Virus record (IMG/VR): IMGVR_UViG_2895663684_000002
Source: a virus
DNA length: 64,000 nucleotides
Reading direction: 5' to 3' (one strand)
The notes below the pieces were generated by a model that saw nothing but the letters and a program-made list of their open reading frames with translations, searched no databases and was not told the origin of the DNA. Below are positions 47,914-59,018 of the stretch, in pieces. Position numbers and translations under genes: made by a program. Numbering within the stretch: position 1 is the stretch's first letter; each line of letters begins with the position of its first letter.

Positions 47914-49641
47914 TTACCGATACAATTCATCTAAATAGTCATCCATATTATCTAAATCAATATCTTCCATCTGCATCATGGTTTCTTTATGGGCAATTAC
48001 AAAAGCAATATAGCCATCAATTTTCTTTTCTGATTTATTCTTACTTGCAGCTTTCATCCCATTAAAATTACGCCCCATAATTACATTCAAGGTACAATAA
48101 ATAAACAGCGGATTGTCTGTCTTTATCCGTTGCTTATAAAATAATATTTCCGAATCATCAATTGGTGCATTCACCACATTTGGATATTGTGCAACTGAAA
48201 AACAATCAATACCTAAGTTTTCGCATTTATCAATTAAAGTAGCTGCCATCGCTGGATCATAATTTATTTGTTGAATGTCGTACAATTCCATACATTCTTT
48301 GATGTATTCTAGAACCATATTTTGGTCAATCATTTTCCCATCACATAACATGACAAAACCTTTTTCAGCTAATTCACCATACGGAACATTGTCCGCTGCT
48401 TCTCGTTCCTCCAAGTTATCATCTGGAATGAAATACATTTGCTTAACTTTTAGAAAAGCCTTTCCTTCATCGTCAATAACTGGAAAATTTAAATTGACAC
48501 ATGTTAAATCGTTGATTTTTGAAAGGTCCAATCCCATCCAACAAGATTCACCTTCCAAATTTCCCAATTCTGCGGTACTTACCAAACATGGTTCCACTTG
48601 TTCGTTATCAAAATAATTTTCAGACGAGTTAACAAATACATCTAAATGCTTCGCTAAAAACTCACCTTTACTATTACTTGATTTGTTAGCTGAAATAAAA
48701 GCACTTTCCAATGCTTCCATAGAAACAGACACGCCAATGTTTGGGTTAACCATTTGCCAAACGTTACGATCTTCCCAATCATATCCTTTATCTGGTTCAT
48801 AGATTAAAACCAATTTAGTATCATCGTCATCATTTTTAAGTGTGTCTTTTGCTTCTTTATAGATTCGCATACCAACACTTGTTGAACCTTTACCAGCTGT
48901 ACTAATATTAAACATGATAGGTTCATCACGATTTATCTGTGCAGATTTAAAGTTATCGTATTGTTCCATATTTTTTTGAATATGAAGCTCATCATTTAAA
49001 ACAAAGTGAGGATTTGAACCCTCAATTGATGCGATATTTTTTGACATTACAATGAACTTATTTTCATAAGCTATTCCCTCGATGGTGTAACGATAAATCG
49101 CACTTGATATTGCGCCTTTTTGGCCTTTAAAAATTTGACTACAGTTATAAAGTGAATCATTATTCATTATGGTTTGTGCAAAAGGACTAGCAGCAGCTTG
49201 TGCTTGTTCAAAGTTGGAAGCACAACAATAACAATCTGCTCCTTTTTCGCCTTCACCATACATGGCGTAAGCTAAACCACCGATAGCCAGTAATGTTTTA
49301 CCGTTTTTCTTTGGAACTTGCCAATAGACTTCTCGAATTACACGTACTGCTTTACCATGTTCATTGTATTTTTGCCAACCATATAGTTGAGAATAACCAA
49401 ACTTTTGCCAGGGTTCTAAAACTAAATACTCCCCAGCTAAACTTCCTTTGATATGGCGGATATAAGATTCCATGAAATCCATTGCTTCATTTGCCTTATC
49501 AACATCAAACCAGATATCCTTACGCTTTTTCCATTTCTTATAGCGTTTAACAGCATCTTTAATTGTTTTAGAGTGTTTCTTAGGATTTTTCGTCACCATT
49601 TTTGCATATTGATCCGCATAATTAACGCCACGTTCAATCAC
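47914..49641 (-). CDS. terL: Terminase large subunit (copy 2)
   Basis: Identical to 14555..16282. Confidence 0.95.
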   Translation of the reverse strand: MIERGVNYADQYAKMVTKNPKKHSKTIKDAVKRYKKWKKRKDIWFDVDKANEAMDFMESYIRHIKGSLAGEYLVLEPWQKFGYSQLYGWQKYNEHGKAVRVIREVYWQVPKKNGKTLLAIGGLAYAMYGEGEKGADCYCCASNFEQAQAAASPFAQTIMNNDSLYNCSQIFKGQKGAISSAIYRYTIEGIAYENKFIVMSKNIASIEGSNPHFVLNDELHIQKNMEQYDNFKSAQINRDEPIMFNISTAGKGSTSVGMRIYKEAKDTLKNDDDDTKLVLIYEPDKGYDWEDRNVWQMVNPNIGVSVSMEALESAFISANKSSNSKGEFLAKHLDVFVNSSENYFDNEQVEPCLVSTAELGNLEGESCWMGLDLSKINDLTCVNLNFPVIDDEGKAFLKVKQMYFIPDDNLEEREAADNVPYGELAEKGFVMLCDGKMIDQNMVLEYIKECMELYDIQQINYDPAMAATLIDKCENLGIDCFSVAQYPNVVNAPIDDSEILFYKQRIKTDNPLFIYCTLNVIMGRNFNGMKAASKNKSEKKIDGYIAFVIAHKETMMQMEDIDLDNMDDYLDELYR

Positions 49642-49716
49642 ATAAAACCACCACCTTTTGTATTTTTGGCATAATAAAAAGGCTAGTCGGAATGACTAAC
49701 CTTTTGGTAAATATTA

Positions 49717-50211
49717 TTACAACTCTTTATTTATTAATCTCCACTCTTCTTGAATGTAATTTTTCAATGCTGAAATCAATGGTTCTGCCTCTTTTGTTAA
49801 CGAATATTCAACATCTTGACCATAATTTTCATTTATTTCTGATCTTCTCTTTGAAAAAATTTCAAGTTCTTCATTTACTTTTTCTCCTTCTGTATTTTCA
49901 TAATTAATCCAAATTCCTAATTCATATTTAATAAACAATAACCTTTGGGCAATTTTTAATTCTCTCAATCGTTCATCAGTAATATCGGTAGTATTATTAC
50001 CTTTTATCATTATATTCAAAAATAGACTTTCATATGAGACTTCCCAATATTCCATTATAATGGCAATAGTTTTATTCAAGCATTTAATTTTAAATTCTGT
50101 TAAACTTTTTAATCTTCTATTCTTTTTCCCCTGTATTAAAATCACTATTATTGAAGCTATACTTGTAACTGCTGCAACCGTACTTGTTATCGTAGTTATC
50201 ATATTATCCAT
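49717..50211 (-). CDS. Moron membrane-anchored protein (copy 2)
   Basis: Identical to 16358..16852. Confidence 0.7.
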   Translation of the reverse strand: MDNMITTITSTVAAVTSIASIIVILIQGKKNRRLKSLTEFKIKCLNKTIAIIMEYWEVSYESLFLNIMIKGNNTTDITDERLRELKIAQRLLFIKYELGIWINYENTEGEKVNEELEIFSKRRSEINENYGQDVEYSLTKEAEPLISALKNYIQEEWRLINKEL

Positions 50212-50268
50212 CTTAAACCTCCAATATTTAATAATATAATATTATCAAATATCTAGATATATAACAAT

Positions 50269-50712
50269 CTAACCTTTCTTTCCCCATTTTTTACGATGTT
50301 CAGCTAATTCATCAACTACTGGTTCTGTTGGCTTCGTAACTTCATCACTTTTTGCTGACGACCCACCAATGATTCTTGTCGTTGAAGATGATTTATTGGT
50401 AAGACCTAATTTTTCAAGTGCTTTTAATTTCTTGTCACTCCAAACCTCAACTTGTTGAGCTAGGGGATGTTTTGATTTATTTGTTGCTTTTGCTTTATTT
50501 GTATATTTTTGAGTTTCTGGAAAACCTAAGTCACGCCATCTCAAATACATCGTTGTGTAAATTTCAAAAGTATCCAAATAAGATTCAAGTAATGGGTCCA
50601 AAGTGAGGGTATAAATACCAGCTTTATTCATGACATTCAACACACGCTTTTTTTCATCATTTACTTTCACATCAACGATTTCCATTAATTCTTTTTGTTT
50701 TTTTGTCGCCAA
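50269..50712 (-). CDS. terS: Terminase small subunit (copy 2)
   Basis: Identical to 16910..17353. Confidence 0.85.
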   Translation of the reverse strand: MATKKQKELMEIVDVKVNDEKKRVLNVMNKAGIYTLTLDPLLESYLDTFEIYTTMYLRWRDLGFPETQKYTNKAKATNKSKHPLAQQVEVWSDKKLKALEKLGLTNKSSSTTRIIGGSSAKSDEVTKPTEPVVDELAEHRKKWGKKG

Positions 50713-50801
50713 ATACCTATACCCCCCTTTTGTTTTTTATTTTTTCGGTCCTACTCAAAGTTTAACTCCCTCTACCCTATCTCCCGCGAACAAAAATAAA
50801 A

Positions 50802-51287
50802 TTATTTTGATAGGGGGGGATTGATTTGAAAATAGGAAGCAAATACCTTTTTTGTTTTTTCTTCATTCTCAACAATTGCATGACATTTAGGACAAAGCAA
50901 CATAATATTATTAACATCAAGCTTCAATGTCGGATTCTTTTTAATAGGAATGATGTGATGACAATGTGCAGTCTTACCAAACACAAACTTGTGGCATCGC
51001 TGGCACTTACCTTTCTCACGCTCATACACATCAGCTCTAACATCTTGCCAAGCATCTGTTACATAGAACGATTTGTTCTCATGATGGTAGATGTCCTTGC
51101 GCTTCTTAGAACGTCTAGTAACCACATGGTCTAAACAGTAAGCACCTTTCTCAACCTTGTTTGTACACCCATTAAACTGGCAATACTTCATCGTCATCAT
51201 CACTGAATAATTGAGAATCAATAAACGAGATAATCTCTTTCTTGGTTTTAATCTCATTAGGGATTTCCAATTCATTTGCTGCAGCAT
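50802..51287 (-). CDS. HNH endonuclease (copy 2)
   Basis: Identical to 17443..17928. Confidence 0.9.
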   Translation of the reverse strand: MLQQMNWKSLMRLKPRKRLSRLLILNYSVMMTMKYCQFNGCTNKVEKGAYCLDHVVTRRSKKRKDIYHHENKSFYVTDAWQDVRADVYEREKGKCQRCHKFVFGKTAHCHHIIPIKKNPTLKLDVNNIMLLCPKCHAIVENEEKTKKVFASYFQINPPLSK

Positions 51288-51594
51288 ATTCTTTTAATTG
51301 AGCAACCTTCATTGATTCTAAATCTGGACCATTCACTTCATCAACAACCTTACCATTGATTGCTGTAAAATCTTTACCAGTTGCCATATCCACATTGATC
51401 GTTACATTTGCTTTTAAACCTTTATGAATCATTGTTTCTGGATCAGTTGTAACTTCAAAATCTGGCTCGGTACCATGAGGAACAAATCTATTCTTTTTCG
51501 CTTCATTGTCCCAATACTCTTTTCCTGTTGCTGACTCTCTAACCAATACGTTCATTTTAGTATCTCCCTTCAATAGTAAAAGACAACCACCCAA
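51172..51594 (-). CDS. HeH/Rho_N-like hypothetical protein (copy 2)
   Basis: Identical to 17813..18235. Confidence 0.65.
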   Translation of the reverse strand: MGGCLLLLKGDTKMNVLVRESATGKEYWDNEAKKNRFVPHGTEPDFEVTTDPETMIHKGLKANVTINVDMATGKDFTAINGKVVDEVNGPDLESMKVAQLKEYAAANELEIPNEIKTKKEIISFIDSQLFSDDDDEVLPV

Positions 51595-51704
51595 ATTGGA
51601 GGATTGTCTTTTTATTTTTATGCGCTTTTCTATACTCTTATAATAATCGATAATTACAATAGATTCAGCAACCTTAGGGTGAGTATCCTAAAGGTTGCTT
51701 TTTT

Positions 51705-52097
51705 CTATTTAATCCATTCATCTAGTACATTTATAGTTTTGGATAAATCTGAGTGACGTCTTTTAATATAGTTATAGCTGTAATTCAATTCATAGGCGAT
51801 ACCTTCTAGTGTCATTCCCTCGATATACTTTTTCCTTAATATCTCTTGGTCAATTCCATTAAAGGTATAAACAAGTTTAATTAATGTTTCTCGTTGTTCT
51901 TTTTCATATTTTAAATTACTTTCTAATTTAGCAATGACTTCTTCAACCTGAGCGCCTTTTGATTCTGCAGTAAGTCTGACATGAGATAAGTCTCCACCAG
52001 TCCATCTCTTTAGTTCATTTTTTGTTTTATCAATTTGATATTCAAGATATTTTATTCGATCTTCAAGTTGTTGGTAATCTTTTAGCCACTCATACAA
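51705..52097 (-). CDS. RinA/ArpU-like activator (copy 2)
   Basis: Identical to 18346..18738. Confidence 0.8.
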   Translation of the reverse strand: MYEWLKDYQQLEDRIKYLEYQIDKTKNELKRWTGGDLSHVRLTAESKGAQVEEVIAKLESNLKYEKEQRETLIKLVYTFNGIDQEILRKKYIEGMTLEGIAYELNYSYNYIKRRHSDLSKTINVLDEWIK

Positions 52098-52109
52098 TCT
52101 CTAATCACC

Positions 52110-52286
52110 TCACTTTTCAATAAGTTTTATAACCGATTCAATCGCATCGTTAAATCCTTGTTTATAAGCCACATTAATTTCAGCATCTTGATTATGCTTC
52201 ATTTCTTTAATTAATTGAAGTAAATCTATAATTGTATATACTGACCATACAATATAAATTAAGGTGATGATATTTAAAATAAACAT
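52110..52286 (-). CDS. Small membrane protein (copy 2)
   Basis: Matches 18751..18927. Confidence 0.6.
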   Translation of the reverse strand: MFILNIITLIYIVWSVYTIIDLLQLIKEMKHNQDAEINVAYKQGFNDAIESVIKLIEK

Positions 52287-52630
52287 TATTTTGTCACCTC
52301 TACTTTTTTAACGAATTCAGGAAGTGTCCTTTCAGCAACATTCATTGCGGTAAACTCTGCGGTTTTGATATGAGGAGGAAAAAAAGCATTGTCTATCACA
52401 ACTATTTCATAATGAAATGTAACTCTGCATTCTAAATCGTAAAAATGAAACGAAAATTTTTCATAGTCATTTCCATTTGGAACAGATTCTCTCATTATTT
52501 TAAACATATTGTTTATATTAACAGAATGGATATCTCCATTTTCAAACATACTGACAAGACCAGTAACCGTATGTTCAATTAACAATTGATACATATCTGG
52601 AGTTACTTTGATTTTTTCGAATTCAGCCAT
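52286..52630 (-). CDS. Hypothetical protein (copy 2)
   Basis: Identical to 18927..19271. Confidence 0.65.
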   Translation of the reverse strand: MAEFEKIKVTPDMYQLLIEHTVTGLVSMFENGDIHSVNINNMFKIMRESVPNGNDYEKFSFHFYDLECRVTFHYEIVVIDNAFFPPHIKTAEFTAMNVAERTLPEFVKKVEVTK

Positions 52631-52839
52631 TATTCTTCCACCTCTTTTAATATGGTAACTTTATAAATAATTGATTTAATGATTCTTCCAAATGCTCCCT
52701 CAATATCCGTCTCTTTGGGTTCAACCCCTAAAATAATATCCTAAGGCTTGGTAATTGGTTATGCATTCAATCAAATCATGTTTATCAATTTCTAGTACAT
52801 CAATTTCTTTTAATTTCATATTTTTACACTCCTTTATAA

Positions 52840-53149
52840 AAAAAGTGCCACTACTTTTTGATAATGCCACTACTTTGCCACTACTTTTTTTTTGAAAGTA
52901 TGGACTGGATGAGCCTTAGAGCCACATAGGATACAACCTTATTGCCACTACTTACCCTACTTTTTTTTCTTACTTATAAAAAAATAAAAGAGAATATAGT
53001 ATATATAAGTAATATAAAGAGATTTTGATAAAAAGTAGTGGCAGCACTATAAAAGTAAGATGAACCTTAGAGCCACATGGGATTGACCAGTCCATACTTT
53101 TGTTTTAAAAGTGGTGGCAAAGTATGGACTTTTTATAAAAGTAGTGGCA
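52840..53149. other. Putative replication origin (copy 2)
   Basis: Matches 19481..19790. Confidence 0.8.
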
Positions 53150-53151
53150 TT

Positions 53152-55023
53152 TTAATTTTCTTCATTTAATTTATATACTTTGTATCTTTGACCGACCATT
53201 CTTCTTTCTTTTATATCATAACCTTTCGACTTCAACCGCTGTGTGAACTTGGTGTGGGAGAACGGTTTTGAACCAAGCGCATCGCAATACTTGCAATATT
53301 CTTCATAAGTTGCTTTTGTTGTCATATCTTCGTTTACTCCTTCGGATACGATAAACCCAATAATAGAATCAGATTCAACAAAGTATTCTTCTGTAAATTG
53401 CTCAACGGTTTCAGATTTAGAAAGTTGGCCACCATTGTTCATAATCCGTTCCATCGCTGTTAAGGCAACATTTAAAAGATAGGACTTCGCATTTGCAGAA
53501 GAAAGCTTTTCATCAATTTTTGGATCACTTTTTTTCACTTTATTTTCACATGGAATAACGACAATGCGCCTGGCAATTCCGCCTGTCTTATCTTTAAAGG
53601 TCGGCATTTCATTAGCGGTAAATATTAGAGTTGCTTTATTTTTTAGTTTGTATGGTTTTGAATAAATGGGCCGAACCATGATAGTATTTCCAGAAGCCAA
53701 TGTTTTAAAGTTCATTGATTTTTCCATGTATCCAGAATCGATATCATCACCAACGTTGACAAGCTTACCTTCCATCTCCATTACACTGGTTTGGTCATTA
53801 AATTGTTCCAGGGCTAAGTTCAACCCTAAGTCACCAACAAAACTATTAATCATTTCTAAAAAGGTAGATTTACCATTTGCTGCAGTTTGGCCAATTAAGA
53901 AAAATACTTTATGAGGAAACCCTTTGGTCATTAAAATATGACCAAGTAGTTCCTCCACAATCAATCTTAAATCTTGTTTATCACTGACTAAAAAGTCCAA
54001 GAACTCATCTACCGTTTTATCATAAGCTTCTGGATCATAATCAACATCTAATTTAAACGGTGTAAATTCTTTAGAAGACATAGGAATAATTTCCCCACCA
54101 TCTAACATATAATTATTATTGAACTGTATTGGAAAATCTGTTTTTTCAATTAGTTCACCTTTGATTGGCAATAGGTCCATTAAGTTTTTATGCTTCGCTG
54201 GTAAAAGCTTAATTCTCTTATCGATAGCTCTCAATAACTTGTTCTTGTCATTTATCCAATAATTATCTTCCTTATGAAAGATGGACCCATTAAATATTTT
54301 AATGTCTAATTCCTGGGCCAATGCTTCACTGGTCATAATCATGTCTTTGGGATTTAAAAATAATTTTTCTCTTACTTCTTTATCTAAAACCGAATTAATC
54401 AATGCGCTTATTTCAGTTTGCTTTAATGATTCTTTAAAAACATGTTCATTAATAAAAGTTGCAATTCGTGACAATGTATCAGCATCCACCTCATACATTT
54501 CACGAACTGCTAGCAAGTGAGTAAATAAAGCTGTGTTTCTACCACCTTCACCTAAATCAGATAAAATTGTTTTTAATTTGTGAGGAAACAATTCAACTGG
54601 TAAATATGGAAGGTCGTTCCACATTTCAAAGGTTCCGCTAATTTTACGCATGACACCATTTCTTTTAATGGTGACCGTTGCTTTGTTACCTGTCTTATAA
54701 TCTACTTGACACCCAACGTTTGTAATGTGAGCTGTTTTTTTACCAGACCAGTTTTTTATCACAATCGGATGACCGTTGATTTGCTCTGGCTTTTTATAGT
54801 AAAGGTGGATTCCCTTTTCTGTTTCCACTGTAAAGGTTGGGTATCGCTTAGCTAATTCTCGACCAATCTCTGGATACTCATCGAAATCAACGACTACTGT
54901 TTCATTGTTTAATACAACAGCAGCATCTGAAAGTTTGGTTACATCGGTATAGAAATCACTTAAACTTTTTTGATCTGGAACTTTTTTATCTGGATGCAAT
55001 TTTATAAAATTTAACACATTCAA
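53152..55023 (-). CDS. P4-family primase-helicase (copy 2)
   Basis: Identical to 19793..21664. Confidence 0.9.
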   Translation of the reverse strand: MNVLNFIKLHPDKKVPDQKSLSDFYTDVTKLSDAAVVLNNETVVVDFDEYPEIGRELAKRYPTFTVETEKGIHLYYKKPEQINGHPIVIKNWSGKKTAHITNVGCQVDYKTGNKATVTIKRNGVMRKISGTFEMWNDLPYLPVELFPHKLKTILSDLGEGGRNTALFTHLLAVREMYEVDADTLSRIATFINEHVFKESLKQTEISALINSVLDKEVREKLFLNPKDMIMTSEALAQELDIKIFNGSIFHKEDNYWINDKNKLLRAIDKRIKLLPAKHKNLMDLLPIKGELIEKTDFPIQFNNNYMLDGGEIIPMSSKEFTPFKLDVDYDPEAYDKTVDEFLDFLVSDKQDLRLIVEELLGHILMTKGFPHKVFFLIGQTAANGKSTFLEMINSFVGDLGLNLALEQFNDQTSVMEMEGKLVNVGDDIDSGYMEKSMNFKTLASGNTIMVRPIYSKPYKLKNKATLIFTANEMPTFKDKTGGIARRIVVIPCENKVKKSDPKIDEKLSSANAKSYLLNVALTAMERIMNNGGQLSKSETVEQFTEEYFVESDSIIGFIVSEGVNEDMTTKATYEEYCKYCDALGSKPFSHTKFTQRLKSKGYDIKERRMVGQRYKVYKLNEEN

Positions 55024-55055
55024 TTCTCACCGCCTTACTTATAAAATAATTTGAA

Positions 55056-55316
55056 TCATTTGTTTTTTATTTCTTTATCAACGTACCAACTAATCAATGT
55101 TAGCAGTAAGAACAAAGCAACTGCTGATAAGAGCAATAATGAATACGCCCCTAAAAAACTAATAATACTTACAACAACTAAAACTAAGAAACTTGCTAAA
55201 ACACTTCCAACCAGTCCATAAACAACATGTCTCATTTTTCTATTCTCCCTCCAACAGTTCAAAATTATCAAACTTGTTGCCGATGACTTCAATTTCACGA
55301 CCTTTATTATGCCCAT
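55056..55316 (-). CDS. Small membrane protein (copy 2)
   Basis: Identical to 21697..21957. Confidence 0.55.
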   Translation of the reverse strand: MGIIKVVKLKSSATSLIILNCWRENRKMRHVVYGLVGSVLASFLVLVVVSIISFLGAYSLLLLSAVALFLLLTLISWYVDKEIKNK

Positions 55317-55662
55317 TAGCTAAATGATATAAACTCCAACAGCCATGATTTCTAACTCCTACCGCATCAAAACCGCATGACGTTTCAGAATATCCAACTT
55401 TCCATTTTTCTTTACCATCATGAATAAAGTCTTTATCAAAAATATCTTCGCGATTTTTATCATCTATCCCAGTGTACTGACTCACTGTCTCAGGAATCAC
55501 TTCACGACAAAATTCATGTAACTTTTCCATCGGATAGGCGACATCGTCACCTAAAATCAGAGTAATCATAAAAACTCTTGTTCCAAAACCATTAGGAACA
55601 GGAACACCATAAACCCATTCGTCAGTATCGATTGCTTTCCCTCTAAACTTAATTTCTCTCAT
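55240..55662 (-). CDS. YopX-family protein (copy 2)
   Basis: Identical to 21881..22303. Confidence 0.9.
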   Translation of the reverse strand: MREIKFRGKAIDTDEWVYGVPVPNGFGTRVFMITLILGDDVAYPMEKLHEFCREVIPETVSQYTGIDDKNREDIFDKDFIHDGKEKWKVGYSETSCGFDAVGVRNHGCWSLYHLANGHNKGREIEVIGNKFDNFELLEGE

Positions 55663-55681
55663 GACCTAACCCCTCCATAAT

Positions 55682-57274
55682 TTAAAATATTTCTTTCTCT
55701 GCTACTTCAACGTACCAGCTTAAATCAATGTCTTTTTTTGTTGCTAAAGTGCTAGTTAAAAAATGCTCTGGACTATTTCTTATTTTTGAATACAGTTCAT
55801 CTTTGATTTGAAATACTCCACCAAATTTATTTTTAGTAGTGGCTACTCCACAAACAGTACTGTCCATATTCTTGTATTGCGTATTTGATCCACTGCCTAT
55901 TTTTTGAACAATCTTTTCAGTATCTTTTGATTTAGTTCCTACAAAATAAAAGTCTTCTATGCCTTTATCTTTAAATTGCTGTACCATAAAATCTTGAACT
56001 TTGGTACCATTTAACGCATTCTCTAAAAGTGAATTCCGAATAATAGGCATTGAATTATTTAAATAATTTGAATCTTTGTAAATTCCAGTTTTAATAAACT
56101 TTCCATCTTCTGTTTTAAAAATATAATTGTTTACATTTCGTTGATGGACCATTGTAATTTTTTTAAATGATAAGTCTAAGCCATAATGGCTAGCCCACAT
56201 ATTGCTCACATCCACGATTAAATCGTAAAATTCAACATTGTACTTAACCACAATGCCATCGGTGTTGGTTTGAACAACTTCACTGATAAAGTTTTCCAGT
56301 AATACAATTAAATGTGTCATGATTAATTGTCCGTTGACGGTCACATTATAAAATTTATTTGGATCATACAATGCGGAATAAGGATTGTTCATTGCTCCTA
56401 TCGTAGCGTTAATGATTGTTTTATATATTTCTGACTTTTTTGTGTCTACCTCTTCGTACTCTTTTTTCTTTTGATAAATTTCTCGGTAGATTTCTTTATT
56501 TTTGATACCACTGCTAAACCAATCATTTTTCAATGCTAGTGTTGGATAAAATGCTTTTGCATCTATATATAAGAAGAAACCTTTTCTTTTATATTTCTCT
56601 TTGGCCCCATGTGATCCACCAAATCCAAAAGTATGCGTTAAATTATTTAAAGTCATTTTAATATTTTCATTCTTTAAAGAATCATCAAAGCTAGCTTTAT
56701 ACTTTGTCTTGATTCGCTCATAAAAATGAATCAAATCTTTTGGCAACTCATTTAGTGGGATACGTTCATCAAAAGTATATAAAAGTGTATCAGCTCGTTT
56801 GGGTTGTTTAACAGCTCCTAAAATTTCTGCAGCTAAACCAGCACGAGTTTTTTTTATTGATTGTGCATTTAAATTAAATTCTGAAACAATTTCAAATTTC
56901 GTTTCAAAATATTCTTCCCGTTCTTTCAAGATGTGTTCGCAAATTTCAATCCGATTCATACAGTAGTCATAAACAGTATTAGAAATTTTTAATAGCTTAG
57001 TGTAATAACCGATTTCTTCTATTGAAGCATTTCTAATTTCTTGAGATAAATCAATTGAAAGGTTTTGTTTTAAATATTTGTTTTTTCCATCGGATAAAAG
57101 TAAAGCAATTTCACGATCAAAAGTTGCATAATTATCATAGCTGACTAAGATGCCAGCAGATTCAAGAGCCTTTAATAGGCTCTCTTTATCTGTAGCTTTT
57201 TCAATTCTTTCACCAGTTTTGAAGACAAACATAAATTGATCGTTCCTTTTAAAAAACCAGTAAAACGTGAACAT
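55682..57274 (-). CDS. PolB-like DNA polymerase (copy 2)
   Basis: Identical to 22323..23915. Confidence 0.75.
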   Translation of the reverse strand: MFTFYWFFKRNDQFMFVFKTGERIEKATDKESLLKALESAGILVSYDNYATFDREIALLLSDGKNKYLKQNLSIDLSQEIRNASIEEIGYYTKLLKISNTVYDYCMNRIEICEHILKEREEYFETKFEIVSEFNLNAQSIKKTRAGLAAEILGAVKQPKRADTLLYTFDERIPLNELPKDLIHFYERIKTKYKASFDDSLKNENIKMTLNNLTHTFGFGGSHGAKEKYKRKGFFLYIDAKAFYPTLALKNDWFSSGIKNKEIYREIYQKKKEYEEVDTKKSEIYKTIINATIGAMNNPYSALYDPNKFYNVTVNGQLIMTHLIVLLENFISEVVQTNTDGIVVKYNVEFYDLIVDVSNMWASHYGLDLSFKKITMVHQRNVNNYIFKTEDGKFIKTGIYKDSNYLNNSMPIIRNSLLENALNGTKVQDFMVQQFKDKGIEDFYFVGTKSKDTEKIVQKIGSGSNTQYKNMDSTVCGVATTKNKFGGVFQIKDELYSKIRNSPEHFLTSTLATKKDIDLSWYVEVAEKEIF

Positions 57275-57289
57275 CAGAACACCTCATCC

Positions 57290-57820
57290 TTAAAATGGAA
57301 TATCTTCATCTGATATATCGATTGTTTGGCCACCAGCTGTAGCGAATGGATCATCGTTATTTTCCTCATCTTCGTATCCAATAAAATCAAAGTTACGATA
57401 CGGATTTGATGGGTCTTTTTTATTCGGACTAGAAACAATTTTTAATAAAAACTGACTGCCAATTGCTGGTTGTAATCCTTCAACTAGTGAGTGTTCATCT
57501 TCCCAATCATCATTACTTAACTCAACTTCAAATACAGAAGCTGCTTGTGCCATCGATTTAATGGCTTTATTTGTAACAAATTCACTACCTGTTCCAAAAA
57601 ACATACCAACAAATTCTTTACGTCCAGCTAGCTCCCCAGCAATTACTTCACATTCTAAACTTACCCATTCAGTTCCTGTACGATCTGATACTTTGTGACT
57701 GACACTATTCAATACCATGTCATACTCACCATCTGGCAAGTTGTTGTTAGAGTTGTTTGGGCTATCTTTTTTTGGATCAAACCCTTGTAAAATTTCTTGT
57801 GCTTTATCTGCTAATCCCAT
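57290..57820 (-). CDS. DUF669-like SSB (copy 2)
   Basis: Identical to 23931..24461. Confidence 0.8.
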   Translation of the reverse strand: MGLADKAQEILQGFDPKKDSPNNSNNNLPDGEYDMVLNSVSHKVSDRTGTEWVSLECEVIAGELAGRKEFVGMFFGTGSEFVTNKAIKSMAQAASVFEVELSNDDWEDEHSLVEGLQPAIGSQFLLKIVSSPNKKDPSNPYRNFDFIGYEDEENNDDPFATAGGQTIDISDEDIPF

Positions 57821-57863
57821 TAATAAAATCTCCTATTCATAATTAATTTATTTTTTTGATTAC

Positions 57864-58790
57864 TTAAATCTTTGGTTTAATTCGTTTTGTTGCGATTCCA
57901 CTTGCAGCAGGTTTATTCTTTTCAATTTTATTAATTGGTGCGGAAACTTTTTCTTTTTTGTTATCAACCTGTTCTTTGGGTTGTACTGCTTCTGATTTTG
58001 GTTCTGATTTTGTTGGTTCACTTTCTTCTGTTGCTGCTAAAATATCTTCACGTTTTTCAAGTTCTTTTACGATTTCGTCTTGTTGTTTCTTAGTTGTTTT
58101 AGCTGACTTACCGAATACACCAGTAATCGTATCAAGAATTTTAAGAATCTTTTTATCATCGACTTGTGAACGATCATAGTCTTTTCGTCTTGCTTTCACT
58201 ACTCGGATATAATTTTTCCCAACTTTTTTACATTGAATAGATAAATCACAATTTCCGTTTACAATGTTTTGATGTTTTTCTTTTAGTGATGGAATTTCAA
58301 TTTCTGTTTGGCCTTCCATTTTTGAAGCGTTACGTGAAATATAAATGACATTCATTGGTAAAGCTTTCAGTTCAATTACCAACTGTTGGAAAATATTAGT
58401 AAATGCTGCATAGCCTTTTCCGTATCCGATATCTCCCAAAGTTTCCACGCCTTCTTTGTCACAAATATACTGTTCAATCATTACGATAATATCATCGATA
58501 ACATCTAAAATAATTGTTTCGTAGCTGTGCTTTTCACTTTGCAAGGCAGTTAACAATTTATCTAACTGATCAATGACACTTCTTGTGATTTTTCCATTCT
58601 TATCCTTAATGTTCCGCAATTGAACACTTGGAATTGTGTTTGCTTCTGCATTACCATCTGTATTAAATACCAATGCATTGGGAAACTGTGAAGCAAGGAA
58701 TGATTTTCCTCCCATAGTTGGACCCCAGATAAAGAAATTGCGTGGTGTATCTTTTGGCGTTTGTGGTTTGTTTGGTGGTAAAATACTCAT
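57864..58790 (-). CDS. AAA_24/Sak4-like protein (copy 2)
   Basis: Identical to 24505..25431. Confidence 0.85.
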   Translation of the reverse strand: MSILPPNKPQTPKDTPRNFFIWGPTMGGKSFLASQFPNALVFNTDGNAEANTIPSVQLRNIKDKNGKITRSVIDQLDKLLTALQSEKHSYETIILDVIDDIIVMIEQYICDKEGVETLGDIGYGKGYAAFTNIFQQLVIELKALPMNVIYISRNASKMEGQTEIEIPSLKEKHQNIVNGNCDLSIQCKKVGKNYIRVVKARRKDYDRSQVDDKKILKILDTITGVFGKSAKTTKKQQDEIVKELEKREDILAATEESEPTKSEPKSEAVQPKEQVDNKKEKVSAPINKIEKNKPAASGIATKRIKPKI

Positions 58791-59005
58791 TAATAAATTC
58801 CTCCTTCAACAACATCTTTTACTGCAGCAAATTCTTCTACATAAGTGACCAAGCAATATACTCCAAATTCTTTATGGACTTTTTCATCATAAGTGACACG
58901 ATTAATGGTTCCTTTTGTGTCTTTATGATTTTTTTTCATATCCTCTTCTGCTTCCTTTCGTGTTGATGCATAAAATTGGGTAGTCGTTTTTAATGGTTTG
59001 ATCAA
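58790..59005 (-). CDS. Hypothetical protein (copy 2)
   Basis: Identical to 25431..25646. Confidence 0.6.
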   Translation of the reverse strand: MIKPLKTTTQFYASTRKEAEEDMKKNHKDTKGTINRVTYDEKVHKEFGVYCLVTYVEEFAAVKDVVEGGIY

Positions 59006-59018
59006 TTTATTTTCCTCC